The notes: generated by a model from the sequence alone, not told the origin. A stretch of 64,000 nt of DNA from Limnothrix sp. BL-A-16 (GCA_041937175.2 CP166615.1:1408001-1472000); one strand, 5' to 3'. Shown: positions 29,621 through 40,201, numbered from the stretch's first letter. A program made the numbers and translations.

Positions 29621-31020
29621 GCGAGCAAAATCGTCCAGTTGCGGAGCGTGCAGCGCCAAACGCCCTCACGCTCCCACCGCCGGGACGAAGTGAGCACCCG
29701 ATCAGGCAAAATCCGAATCCGCCAGCCCCGCCACCGAATCGATCGCATTAGGGCCACGTCTTCCATAATCGGAATTTCCGGGTAGCCGCCCAATTCTAGA
29801 AACGCCGATCGCCGGATAAAAATCGCCTGATCCCCATAGGGCAATCGGGTGAGGCGCGATCGCACGGAAGCGACTCGGGCGATCGTTCGCAAGATCCACC
29901 GCGACGAGGCGATCGCCAAATCAAACGCCCCACCCACCAGTTGATCCCCTGCGCCGTCGTTGGGGACAAGGGGCTTAAGCCCCTTGCTGCCAAAATTTGG
30001 GGTGTGATCAGGATTTGGAGCAGGATCAAATAATTGACTGATCGATTGAAATGCCGTTGCGGGTAATTGCGTGTCAGCGTGTAGAAATAGCAAGATTTCC
30101 CCTCGGGAGATCGCCGCGCCTGCGTTCATTTGCAGCCCCCGACCTCGTGCCGCCGTGATCCCTCGCACCGGGCGATCGCTCGGTAAATATTGCAAGGTTG
30201 ACCCCGCTAGATCGCCATCTACCACAATCACTTCGTAGGGAATTTGTCCCGAAATTTCCGCTAAGTGATCCAGCGTTTTTTGAATCCATTCCCCTTCATT
30301 CAGCACGGGCATAATCACCGAAAGGGCGATCGGCTGTCGGATTTTTTCCAGCGTTGTAACTGATCGCTTCAGAGCCGGATTCTGCCGATTCAATTGCCAA
30401 AATCGATCTAAATCTTGCGCGTGGTCAATGTCATACCAATGGGGCAGAATTGCGACGGGCTGATTAGCGGATTGGAACCGGGCAATTGTTTCCGCAAAAA
30501 CCGTTTCGGTACTCCAAATCATGTTTTGAAAAATGCTGGGTAAAAGGCGATCGCGCCGAAACCCGACCAAACAATAACCGCCATCTTCCGTGGGGCAAAG
30601 GGTCGCGCCGGTTTCGATTAAGGCTGCGGCCGCTTGGGTCAAAATCACATCGGGTAAATCGGGGCTGTCGCTACCGACGAGCAAGACCCGATCGCTCCCT
30701 CGCTCGAAACAAGTCGTGAACGCCCGCGCCATCCGATCGCCCAAATCCCCATCGCCCTGGGCCACCAGTTGCCGATCGTCGCAGCCCAGCCAATCTTGCA
30801 CGAGCGATCGCCCCGAGTCGGGTGCATAAAACACACGAATATCAGCTTGCTGGGAGTCGGCAAATTCCGTGAGCCGATCGAACCAGTCCCGCCCCATCGA
30901 TCGATAAAATTCCGTCGCAAAATCCGCCCCGATCGTTTTGGCGAGGCGCGATTTCACTTGCCCTAGTTCCGGTGCTTTAACGAAGAGGGCGATCGTTAGT
31001 TCTGAATGGCTCAATTTCAC
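29551..31020 (-). CDS. Fusion of DUF2064 (TIGR04282-like) transferase and GT2 (TIGR04283-like) glycosyltransferase
   Basis: N-half [33 protein letters not shown]...DL; C-half [33 protein letters not shown]. Confidence 0.88.
   Translation of the reverse strand: MKLSHSELTIALFVKAPELGQVKSRLAKTIGADFATEFYRSMGRDWFDRLTEFADSQQADIRVFYAPDSGRSLVQDWLGCDDRQLVAQGDGDLGDRMARAFTTCFERGSDRVLLVGSDSPDLPDVILTQAAAALIETGATLCPTEDGGYCLVGFRRDRLLPSIFQNMIWSTETVFAETIARFQSANQPVAILPHWYDIDHAQDLDRFWQLNRQNPALKRSVTTLEKIRQPIALSVIMPVLNEGEWIQKTLDHLAEISGQIPYEVIVVDGDLAGSTLQYLPSDRPVRGITAARGRGLQMNAGAAISRGEILLFLHADTQLPATAFQSISQLFDPAPNPDHTPNFGSKGLKPLVPNDGAGDQLVGGAFDLAIASSRWILRTIARVASVRSRLTRLPYGDQAIFIRRSAFLELGGYPEIPIMEDVALMRSIRWRGWRIRILPDRVLTSSRRWEREGVWRCTLRNWTILLAYFAGVSPWTLLAWYSPERSKAS
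29967..29986. repeat. 20-bp palindrome inside the glycosyltransferase CDS
   Basis: CAAGGGGCTTAAGCCCCTTG, read as KGLKPL. Confidence 0.9.
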
Positions 31021-31073
31021 TGGCTCTTATCCATTTGCTATCCTAAAACCTAGAGCGCCAGGACAGTCGCAAT

Positions 31074-31634
31074 ATGATTGCAGTTCCCAGCGGATTTAGT
31101 GCCCCTGAATATTTAGAGCTGGAACAAGCCAGTAGCCAACGCCATGAGTACCGTTATGGCTTGGTCTATGCCATGGCCGGTGGCAGCGGCAACCATAGCG
31201 CCATCTGCATTAATTTGCTGAGTGCAATCCATGGACATTTGCGCCAAACCGATTGCCGATTCTATGGCAGCGACGTGAAAGTCAGCTATGGTGATCGCTT
31301 CTTTTACTATCCCGATGCGTTTGTGACCTGTGACCCACGCGATCGCACCGATCGCTATGTCAAACGCTATCCCAAACTGATTGCGGAAGTGCTATCACCC
31401 TCTACCGAATTATTCGATCGCACCACCAAGTTTGAGGATTATCAAGCGATCGAAACCCTCGAAGAATATGTCTTAATTGACCAAGAAAAAGTCGCCGTGG
31501 AATGTCGGCGACGAGTAGGGGGCGATCGCTGGGAAAGCCAAACCTATCAAGCGGGCGATCGGGTGGAATTAATTAGTATTGGTTTAACTGTGGCGATCGA
31601 GGATCTCTACGCCGGTTTAGATGAAATGTCCTAA
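31074..31634 (+). CDS. Uma2-family (DUF820) protein
   Basis: RHEY..G.VYAMAGGS, YYPDAFVTCD, AEVLSPSTE. Confidence 0.92.
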   Translation: MIAVPSGFSAPEYLELEQASSQRHEYRYGLVYAMAGGSGNHSAICINLLSAIHGHLRQTDCRFYGSDVKVSYGDRFFYYPDAFVTCDPRDRTDRYVKRYPKLIAEVLSPSTELFDRTTKFEDYQAIETLEEYVLIDQEKVAVECRRRVGGDRWESQTYQAGDRVELISIGLTVAIEDLYAGLDEMS

Positions 31635-31650
31635 AAATCATCAATCTAGA

Positions 31651-31670
31651 CAAGGGGCTTCAGCCCCTTG
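31651..31670. repeat. Palindrome variant between convergent genes
   Basis: CAAGGGGCTTCAGCCCCTTG. Confidence 0.8.
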
Positions 31671-31694
31671 CCTCCCAGAATTCAACGGTCAGAA

Positions 31695-32936
31695 TCAGGT
31701 GGTGTATTCGGCGTTAATCTTCACGTAGTCGTAGCTGAGATCGCAGCCCCAAGCCTTCGCGGAGCCGGGCCCGTCGCCGATGCTGACCCCGATCGCCACG
31801 GTGTCAGTTTTCAGATACTCACCCTCGGCGGCGGACTTCAGGTAGTTGTGCGCCGCCATCCGATCGAACGCCAGCGGTTGCCCGTTTTCCATCAACACGA
31901 TGTCGCCGAGCTGGATTCGCAGGTTGTTTTGATCGAACTTCACGCCAGCGCGACCGGCGGCCCCGGCAATCCGGCCCCAGTTGGGATCACGACCGAAAAT
32001 GGCGGACTTGGTGAGGGCGGAACCGGCGACCGTCTTGGCTACGGCGCGGGCGGCGGCTTCGTCGGGCGCACCGCTGACGGCCACTTCAATCAAGCAGGTG
32101 GCCCCTTCGCCGTCCCGGGCGATCGCCTTGGCCAAGTGGGTGCAAACCGCTGTCAGCATGGCTTCTAGCTTTTCGGCTTCTGGGCCCCATTGGGTGATTG
32201 CCGGGGTGCGCGACTGACCGTTGGCCAGGGCAAAGAGGGAATCGTTGGTGCTGGTGTCGCCATCGACGGTGATTTGGTTGAAGCTGCGATCGCCCGCCCG
32301 CGACAGCATTTCTTGCCAGAGCTGGGGCGACACAGCCGCATCGCAGGTGACGAACGCCAGCATCGTCGCCATGTTCGGGTGAATCATCCCCGATCCCTTC
32401 GACATCCCGCCAATCCGCACGGGGCGATCACCGATCGTAGTTTCCAGGGCGATCGACTTGGCCACCAAATCCGTTGTCAAAATCGATTTTTCGGCGCTGG
32501 CTCCCCCCTCGTCGGACAGGGCCGCCACCACCTGGGGAATTCCGGCCCGCATCGGTTCCATCTTGATCCGCTGCCCGATCACGCCCGTGGAAGCCAGCAA
32601 GACCGTGTTGGGATCAATATCCAGTTCTTTAGCCAGCAGTTGGGCGCATTCTTCCGCGTCAGCCACGCCAGCGGCTCCCGTGGCGGCGTTGGCTTGACCG
32701 GCGTTTACCAAAATGGCGCGGGCGCTGGGCTTGGCTTGCAGGCGATCGCGACAGTAGTCCACGCAGGCGGCCCGCACCTGGCTGGTGGTGAAAATCCCAG
32801 CGGCGATCGCCTCCACTTCAGAGTAAATCAGGGCCAAATCTGGCGCACCCGAGGGTTTCAAGCCCGCCGTAATGCCCGCCGCCTTGTATCCCTTAGGAGC
32901 CGTTACGCCGCCGGAAATCACTTGCCAATCTGCCAT
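31695..32936 (-). CDS. argJ: Bifunctional ornithine acetyltransferase / N-acetylglutamate synthase
   Basis: KGSGMIHPNMATML, DGDTSTND, ARDGEGAT, DPNWGRI, CDLSYDYVKINAEYTT. Confidence 0.97.
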   Translation of the reverse strand: MADWQVISGGVTAPKGYKAAGITAGLKPSGAPDLALIYSEVEAIAAGIFTTSQVRAACVDYCRDRLQAKPSARAILVNAGQANAATGAAGVADAEECAQLLAKELDIDPNTVLLASTGVIGQRIKMEPMRAGIPQVVAALSDEGGASAEKSILTTDLVAKSIALETTIGDRPVRIGGMSKGSGMIHPNMATMLAFVTCDAAVSPQLWQEMLSRAGDRSFNQITVDGDTSTNDSLFALANGQSRTPAITQWGPEAEKLEAMLTAVCTHLAKAIARDGEGATCLIEVAVSGAPDEAAARAVAKTVAGSALTKSAIFGRDPNWGRIAGAAGRAGVKFDQNNLRIQLGDIVLMENGQPLAFDRMAAHNYLKSAAEGEYLKTDTVAIGVSIGDGPGSAKAWGCDLSYDYVKINAEYTT

Positions 32937-33055
32937 GAGTCGATCGCCCTTTCACGATTGCTAAGTTGCCCAGAGTCCGGGCAATTGGGTGATTATAGCA
33001 AGGTCATTTCGGGCGATCGCGCTGCTTCTGTCACAGGATCACGATGCAAGTATTT

Positions 33056-33237
33056 TTGACATCCTCCCCACCGCAAGCGGGCGGAGAAACCCAAGCCTCA
33101 CGACTTGGGTTTCTGCTTCATAGCACCTGCCTTCCAAGACTTGCTCTCTTCGGGTCTTACGGTCGCTCCACAGACTGAAACCGCTAGCCCAGCAGCCATC
33201 TATAAACTTAGCACGCCTTAAATCCCAGAATTGCTTG
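33056..33237 (-). mobile_element. Internally deleted mini-IS200/IS605 element retaining the tnpB 3' end / omega-RNA-like scaffold
   Basis: Minus strand: TTGAT then CAAGCAATTCTGGG..., TnpB-tail-like AAGLAVSVCGATVRP...MKQKP, hairpins, end GGGGAGGATGTCAA. Confidence 0.7.
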
Positions 33238-33285
33238 ATCAAAATAGCCGATCATTCCGACAAATTGCGGCAATTTTGAATCAAT

Positions 33286-34557
33286 TTATTTTGGATTAAT
33301 TGGTAAACGAATCAGAAATTGAGTGCCTCGCCCTAGTTCTGACTGCACTTCCAAAGTACCGCTATGCTTTTCAGACACAATCTGATGGGCGATCGCTAGG
33401 CCGAGTCCTGTGCCCTTGCCAACGGGCTTGGTTGTAAACAGCGGCTCAAATAATCGTTGCTTGACTAACTCATTCATGCCAATTCCATTGTCAGCAATAC
33501 AAACCGCGATTTGCTGATCATTGGTAGTCTGAGTTGTAATTTGAATTTGCAGCCCAGAATCGAGGGTTTGGCCTTTCAATGCGCTCTCATCTAGGGCATC
33601 GATCGCATTGGCTAGCAAATTCATAAACACCTGATTGATTTGCCCTGGATAGCAAGGCACGAGTGGCAATTCGCCATAGGACTTGAGAACCGAAATTTCA
33701 GGACGATGATCACTACTTTTCAATCGATGTTGCAAAATCATCAAAGTGCTGTCCAGACCTTCATGCAAGTTTGCTGGAATTTTAGTTTCGGTGTCAGAGC
33801 GAGAGAAAGTACGCAGCGATGTGGAAATGCCGCGAATTCGATCAGCTCCCAGCGTCAAGGAATTGATGATCTTGAGGCTATCTTCAAAAATAAAATCCGG
33901 TTCCAAATCTTCCAAAACGGCGGCTAATTCTGGTGAAGGCTGTGGATGTTCTTGCTGATAGAATCGCAAGATTTCTGCCATGTTGTTGATGTGCTCTCGC
34001 AGCGGATCTACATTGCTAGCAATGAAGTTGATGGGATTATTGATTTCGTGCGCAATCCCCGCAAGCATCTCTCCTAAGCTGGATAGCTTTTCCTGCTGAA
34101 CCAGTTGGACTTGCATCTTTTGTAGATCGGCTGTGCGTTCATGGACTTGATGTTCCAGGGACTCCGTTAGTTTTTTGAGTTTGAGGTGAACCTGTAATCG
34201 AGCTAAAACTTCTGTTTGATCAAATGGCTTGGGAATGTAGTCTACTGCTCCGAGGGCAAAGCCTTTAGCTTTGTTTTCTGTGTCTGAAAAAGCAGTTGTA
34301 AAAATAACTGGAATAGACCTTGTGAGTGGATTGGCTTTGAGGCGGCGGCAAGTTTCAAAGCCGTCAATACCTGGCATTTGGACATCTAGCAAAATAAGAT
34401 CTGGAGGATTGCGATCGACCTGCGCCAACGCACTTTCACCATCGATCGCCACGCGAAAACGCAACCCGGCACTATTCAGCGCCTCCGATAAAACCGCCAA
34501 GTTAGTTGGATTGTCATCCACAACTAAAATAAATTCATTCGACGCAGATGCTGACAT
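33286..34557 (-). CDS. Receiver-histidine kinase hybrid
   Basis: N-terminal REC (VVDD, LLDVQMP, KP), AHEINNP H-box, FTTKPVGKGTGLGL. Confidence 0.93.
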   Translation of the reverse strand: MSASASNEFILVVDDNPTNLAVLSEALNSAGLRFRVAIDGESALAQVDRNPPDLILLDVQMPGIDGFETCRRLKANPLTRSIPVIFTTAFSDTENKAKGFALGAVDYIPKPFDQTEVLARLQVHLKLKKLTESLEHQVHERTADLQKMQVQLVQQEKLSSLGEMLAGIAHEINNPINFIASNVDPLREHINNMAEILRFYQQEHPQPSPELAAVLEDLEPDFIFEDSLKIINSLTLGADRIRGISTSLRTFSRSDTETKIPANLHEGLDSTLMILQHRLKSSDHRPEISVLKSYGELPLVPCYPGQINQVFMNLLANAIDALDESALKGQTLDSGLQIQITTQTTNDQQIAVCIADNGIGMNELVKQRLFEPLFTTKPVGKGTGLGLAIAHQIVSEKHSGTLEVQSELGRGTQFLIRLPINPK

Positions 34558-34689
34558 AGGTCATCAGGAGTTGATTTGGTTGTCCGGTGAGTGGGAGAGA
34601 CTATGCAAGTATTTCCCAAAATTTGCTGAATCTTTTTGAAGTGTTGAGGATCATTCAATCGAGAGAACCAAGCTCAACGACGAAAATAG

Positions 34690-37134
34690 CTATTGAGCTA
34701 AATAGTGTTCAAGCAATGTTTGTAGCTGTTTAAGCTGGAAGCGAGCCGCCAATTGAGTGACCTGCTCAGAAAAAGGTGCCATGCTCGGGTTAGACTCTGC
34801 CAGCTCAGCAACCATGGATAAGATTTCTTGAGTATCACCGTCCATCAGGAGATCGTGCAACCGTTGCACAATTTCTGAAGCGGGAGGAATGACATCTTGG
34901 GTTTGAAGGGGTTCAGTTGTTGAGGCAGTATCAGGGATGGTGGATTGCTCATAAACCCAAGTCAAATTAAGTTGCTCTTGCAAGATTTGGAGCAGCACTT
35001 CAGCCTGGACTGGTTTGGGCAAAAACAAGTTAGCCCCCGCATCGATCGCCTCTTGCTGATTGCTTTCAAAGACACTGGCTGACGAAGCGATCGCCACAAC
35101 ATTGCGCAAAGTTTCAGAGGTGCGAATTTGTCTGAGTAGTTGATAGCCATCCATAACATGCATCATCAAGTCCGTAATGATTAAGTCGGGAGCATGATTC
35201 AGTGCAGTTTCCCAACCATCTTGACCATTTTGGGCTTCCACAAGCTTGAAACCAAGTGGCTCTAGGAGGCTAACAATCACAGAGCGATTCTCCCAACGAT
35301 CATCTACCACAATGATGGTGCGCTGCTTGCCTTCATAACCCACAATGGTTCCTTGGTCAATTGTTCTAGAAGCGATTGCCCATTCTTTGGCCTCCGGTAG
35401 CTGCACATCAAACCAAAAGGTACTGCCTTGGCCCAGCGTGCTCGCCACTTCAATTTGGCTACCCATTAAGGACACAATTCTGTGGCTGATAGCGAGTCCT
35501 AAACCAGTGCCTTCTGACTGCCTTTTGCTATTGCCCACTTGTTCAAATGGCAAAAAGATTTTTTCTAATTGTTTTGGTGTCATTCCCACGCCCGTGTCCT
35601 CAACCTGAAATCGCAGACAATATAGGGACGGATCATCGAGTTTTTGGGCTTGAACGCGAAATATCACTTGTCCTTTATCAGTAAACTTGATCGCATTGCC
35701 GAGGAGGTTAATCAAGACTTGGCGTAGTCGCTTCTCATCAGCACGAATCCCGATCGGTAAATCTGAATCGGCTCGATAGGTAAAAGCAATGCCTTTTTGC
35801 TCAGCACGGATCCGACAAATTTCGCAAACGCCCTGTAGAAATGAGGGCAAATGAAATTCATTGATTGCCAGATCAAGTTTACGAGCTTCAATTTTAGAAA
35901 GATCTAAAATGTCATTAATTAAGGTCAGCAGATGAGTTCCACACTGATGAATAATTTGGATGCCATCCTGTTCTTTTTTGCCCCAGGTTTTGGAACGGCT
36001 GAGAATTTGGGCATAGCCCAAAATGCCATTCAGGGGTGTGCGTAACTCATGGCTCATGTTTGATAGAAATTCGCTCTTGGCCTGATTAGCAAAATCCGCT
36101 GCGGCCTTGGATTGTTTGAGCTGTGCTTGTTCCGTGGATTGGACATAGACCAAAACGCCAATCAGCGTGCCCACGAGCAGCAAAACAACGATCGCAATGC
36201 CATCCAGTAGCTGAAGCTGAGATTCAATATTCTGGCGCGGAATCACCAGTGCCACAGACCATTGCGCTTCGGTGAGCGGTCGAAAACCCACATAGCTTTC
36301 AAGTCCGTCAATTTTGACCAATTGAATGTCCTGTTGCCGATTGACCATCTGTTGGGCAATGTGGGCCAATCCTGCGTCTTGGGCAATTACCAAGCTCGGC
36401 GCAGGCTTTTCGAGGGTGGACATGAATGCTGAGTTGGGATGCACGATCGCTTCGCCCTTGGAATTGAGCACAAAGGCATAGCTGCGATCGCCATATTTCA
36501 ACTGATTGGTGACTTGCTTGATCCGATCGATCGTGACCACTCCATGGATTACCCCAACGGGCTGCGGTTTGGAGTTTTGATCTTTAAAAATTTGATCTTT
36601 AAAAATAGGCGCGGCAATAGCCACACCAGGAACACGAGTGATCCGAGCAATCATGGGATCATCGACATAAATTTGCCCAGTGATTGCCTTTTGAAACCAT
36701 CGGCGATCGCGCACATCGGCCGGCTTGGTTTTGGGAACAGTGCTTTGGCGAATTCCTGCTGCTGTGGTGAAGCCAAAGAACGAAAAATCTCCAATTCGTT
36801 GATCTTCAGCTCTTAGATAAGGACTGGCGATCGCCCAGTCCATCGATTGCACCACCTCAACGTGGGATAACATTTCCACGCGTGTTTTCAACAATGCCAA
36901 CCAACTATCAATATCCTGAGACCTGCTGGTCACACGGGATAGTGCATCCTGTTTCAAGTTTTCCAGCGTTGCTTGGCGCACGGTTTGATAGCTAATATAT
37001 GCGCCCACGCCCACAAGTAGTGCCGTGCCTCCCAAAATCAGCCGCATCAGCAGGTTGCGGGACAATTTCAGGCTGAGAATGTTTGGCAGCGTGGCTGAAA
37101 ACTTTCTGTCGGTTGTCTGGGAGTGCAAAATCAT
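34690..37134 (-). CDS. Cache-sensor hybrid histidine kinase (start uncertain)
   Basis: TM-Cache-TM, SHELRTPLNG, NLLGNAIKFT, GTGLGL, C-terminal REC. Confidence 0.93.
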   Translation of the reverse strand: MILHSQTTDRKFSATLPNILSLKLSRNLLMRLILGGTALLVGVGAYISYQTVRQATLENLKQDALSRVTSRSQDIDSWLALLKTRVEMLSHVEVVQSMDWAIASPYLRAEDQRIGDFSFFGFTTAAGIRQSTVPKTKPADVRDRRWFQKAITGQIYVDDPMIARITRVPGVAIAAPIFKDQIFKDQNSKPQPVGVIHGVVTIDRIKQVTNQLKYGDRSYAFVLNSKGEAIVHPNSAFMSTLEKPAPSLVIAQDAGLAHIAQQMVNRQQDIQLVKIDGLESYVGFRPLTEAQWSVALVIPRQNIESQLQLLDGIAIVVLLLVGTLIGVLVYVQSTEQAQLKQSKAAADFANQAKSEFLSNMSHELRTPLNGILGYAQILSRSKTWGKKEQDGIQIIHQCGTHLLTLINDILDLSKIEARKLDLAINEFHLPSFLQGVCEICRIRAEQKGIAFTYRADSDLPIGIRADEKRLRQVLINLLGNAIKFTDKGQVIFRVQAQKLDDPSLYCLRFQVEDTGVGMTPKQLEKIFLPFEQVGNSKRQSEGTGLGLAISHRIVSLMGSQIEVASTLGQGSTFWFDVQLPEAKEWAIASRTIDQGTIVGYEGKQRTIIVVDDRWENRSVIVSLLEPLGFKLVEAQNGQDGWETALNHAPDLIITDLMMHVMDGYQLLRQIRTSETLRNVVAIASSASVFESNQQEAIDAGANLFLPKPVQAEVLLQILQEQLNLTWVYEQSTIPDTASTTEPLQTQDVIPPASEIVQRLHDLLMDGDTQEILSMVAELAESNPSMAPFSEQVTQLAARFQLKQLQTLLEHYLAQ

Positions 37135-37304
37135 AACGATCTGAAATCGGTGGCGGGTGATCAGGTCATGAACTTGGACTGTAAAATCTGCTTAAAATTA
37201 TGGACAGATCAAGTAACTTATCTGTTTCATTTCAAAGCAAATAGCAGCTCCCATTTCCCTTGTGTCCTTAGGTTGATTGCTGACTGCCAACTCTATCGGA
37301 GCTT

Positions 37305-37392
37305 TGTAAAAAAATCGTGAAAGAAATTGATTGGGTGTAAAAAATTACACAAGAAAATATTCGAGTGTAAAAAATCGCACAAAAAAATCCAA
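37305..37392. repeat. Three imperfect ~30-bp direct repeats upstream of the kinase pair
   Basis: TGTAAAAAA(A)T at 37305, 37336 and 37366; middle copy is palindromic GTGTAA-N4-TTACAC. Confidence 0.55.
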
Positions 37393-37716
37393 TATCTTTA
37401 CCCTATCAAAATAAATTTGCGATCGACTCGGCAAAAGTAGGCTGACTCAAGATAACACCTAAGATTAGTTTTAGGCAGCAATATCACTCTAACTTCAGAA
37501 TGAATGGCGGCTTTAGGCAGTGATTTGTAGCACTGACAGGCAAGACTGATCTAGTTTTTTAGAATCAGTTGGTATATTTGCATTCATAGAATAAACTTCG
37601 ACACTGTCTGCAAAGTGATGATTTCCAGTGCAAGATTGCTTGTCCAGAAAGGCTGTCACCTGTTCATCATTACTGAGTTGCAGTACTACCTGATTGTTGA
37701 ATCAATCAATCTTTAA

Positions 37717-37849
37717 GAGAATGTCTGGAAAGTCCAAGTTGCTACGCTGTATGCCCCCATGATCGACGCAGGCAAGGGGCTTTAGCCCCTTGCCCTCTAC
37801 AATTTCGCCACGATGGAATCGGGTTTTTGAGCGATTTGACGATCAGCCC
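37717..37849. mobile_element. 133-bp MITE variant
   Basis: TAA-GAGAATGTCTGGAAAG...palindrome variant 37773-37792...GATTTGACGATCAGCCC-TAA. Confidence 0.75.
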
Positions 37850-37955
37850 TAAGCCCTTTCTCCCTCAGCCATTGGTGCTTCACCATTGCCGTAAATGACC
37901 GCTCAACCACCCTCACGACGGTGGATGCTTGACAGACTGGCGTTGATCTAGAGGC

Positions 37956-38858
37956 TCATGCACGATCGGTTGTGCCATGTAGTAAATCCGTGACTGCTTG
38001 GGCCACATCCGGCTGACGCATCAGGGATTCCCCCACCAACACGGCTCCGGCTCCGGCATTCATTACCCGATCGAGATCCGAACGATTGCCCAAGCCCGAT
38101 TCGCTGACCACCAAAATATCGCGCGATCGCAGTTGCTCACCCCGTTGTTCTAAGAGGGCGATCGTGGTTTCCAGCGTCACCTGAAATGTGGCTAAATCCC
38201 GATTATTGATCCCCACCAATTTCACCCCATCCAGGGCCAAAACCCGGTCTAATTCGGCCAAGGTATGCACCTCAATCAATGCCGTCATTCCCAAGGCATT
38301 AATAATCTTCAAGAAATATTGCAGATCCGTATCAGTCAAGATGGCTGCAATTAACAAAATGGCATCGGCCCCGAGCGATCGAGCCAGATAAATTTGGTAA
38401 GGATAAAGCACAAATTCTTTACAGAGCAGCGGCAAATTAACCGCCTGCCGAATTTGCGCCAAATAATCGAAACTGCCCTGAAAAAACTCCTGATCCGTCA
38501 GCACCGACAAACAGGCTGCACCGCTGGCCTCATAGGTTTGGGCGATCGCCACCGGATCAAAATCCGCACGAATTACGCCCTTGCTGGGGGAGGCTTTTTT
38601 CACTTCCGCAATTAGCGCTGGTTGAGGGGCTGGCGGTTGGCGCAATGCGGCTAAAAAGTCTTGAGGGGGCTGGGTTTCTCGCACCCGCTGCTGAAGTTTA
38701 ACCAGGGGTAACGATTCCCGCAGCCGATCGACCTCTGCTTCCTTGTGCCAAACGATTTTTTCCAAAATATGGCGAGGCTCGCTATCGGGCATACGCACTT
38801 GATAGCGCAAGGTGTCAACGGCAATGGCCGGATTGGGTTGAACGCGGCGAATTTGCAT
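37956..38858 (-). CDS. trpC: Indole-3-glycerol phosphate synthase
   Basis: [38 protein letters not shown]. Confidence 0.96.
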   Translation of the reverse strand: MQIRRVQPNPAIAVDTLRYQVRMPDSEPRHILEKIVWHKEAEVDRLRESLPLVKLQQRVRETQPPQDFLAALRQPPAPQPALIAEVKKASPSKGVIRADFDPVAIAQTYEASGAACLSVLTDQEFFQGSFDYLAQIRQAVNLPLLCKEFVLYPYQIYLARSLGADAILLIAAILTDTDLQYFLKIINALGMTALIEVHTLAELDRVLALDGVKLVGINNRDLATFQVTLETTIALLEQRGEQLRSRDILVVSESGLGNRSDLDRVMNAGAGAVLVGESLMRQPDVAQAVTDLLHGTTDRA

Positions 38859-39737
38859 AGAATTTAGAAGCAGTGAATCGCTAAATGAAGAAAGGGATGA
38901 GTTTTGCCGATTCTGATGTAGGCTAATGGGCATCGGAGCATCGATAGCCGACCAATTAAATGGGCCAATAAGCCAAACAGCAAAATTGGTGCTTTAATTG
39001 GCAATTTGCTAACGAGCAATTTATCCTGACCAGAGGAGATGAAAAGCGATCTTTGGGTTAGGGTTCAATGGTCGAAATGCTCTCGATGATCTATTGACCT
39101 TCGTGACCGTTTGGACGATTGATCGCTTTAGCAACGCTCTCCCGGTAACGAGCGAGCCATTGCTTCAAGGCCCTGTAGGCCACCGCCACCCTCTCAACTG
39201 CTACTTCTCAAGATCCAGCACCCAAGTCCAGTAGCGACGAATTTGGGTTGAATTGGTTTGCCCACTCGTCTTGGCTTGAGCGGCCCTAATCATACGCGAA
39301 ATCAGTTGTTGCCGGATCGATCGCCCCAGAACTGGCCTGAAATGCCTTGAAATCGCTCTCAGAGAATTTCTCAAGGAAATCTTGTAAAAAACTGGTGATT
39401 GCTCTGGATTGCGCTGGAATCTAGGAAGCTGGAATCTGGAAAATCCAGATCATTCATCCCGTGGCTGATTCCATGAATGCCTAACCTAGGAATATCTAAC
39501 CTAGGAGACGAGCACTGGGACACCATGGGGGTGCGATCGCGATCGCTCAGATTGACGACAACGATCGACAAGGCCGCCGAGCACTGTCACGCGCCACGGG
39601 CTGAACCATCACTGGCTCGATCGGGCGATCGTGACACAATTCAAGTACAAAGCAATTCACCCAGAAAGCATCTATCCCGCATCGGTTGAGCGATGCAACT
39701 CCTACCTCTACCCTTCACCCAAAAGGGAGGTTCATCA

Positions 39738-39845
39738 ATGTCTGTGCTACTCGTAATTGCCGTTTTGTTTGCGCCGGTTCTGCTGTCCTCAATGATGGTA
39801 GATGAAAGCTTTGATGAAGCTTTGGGTCATCCCAATCGCCATTGA
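39738..39845 (+). CDS. Putative 35-aa single-TM small protein
   Basis: AAGGGAGG 7 nt before ATG; MSVLLVIAVLFAPVLLSSMMVDESFDEALGHPNRH. Confidence 0.45.
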   Translation: MSVLLVIAVLFAPVLLSSMMVDESFDEALGHPNRH

Positions 39846-40137
39846 AGCGATGTTTGTGTCATTCCTGCTGGAATTTTTGTCACAACTGATTGCAGCATTA
39901 GTTGATCACAATTCATTAGTTGCAGGGGTAAATGGGTTTTCAGTAAATGGGCCAGAAATAATGGGCAGGAAGCGCCTAAGCCCGACTGAAGCCGATTTCA
40001 GCAATTGTATATCTGCACCACCTGTCAACTCCTAACGCCACAGCTTCGACGTTACTCAGATCCCCTTCAAGATTTAATCTACCGCAGCTCTTCAAGCGCA
40101 GTTCAGACGAAGCGCAACCCTAAAGAAGTGCAACCAT

Positions 40138-40187
40138 AAAAAAGGAGAGGATGCTGGTTCATTGAAATTTGAACGCATCCTCTCCTT
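40138..40187 (-). terminator. Intrinsic terminator, probably ending the pst operon
   Basis: Stem AAGGAGAGGATGC / GCATCCTCTCCTT followed by a U-tract on the minus strand. Confidence 0.65.
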
Positions 40188-40201
40188 CGTTTAAGCATTT
40201 A

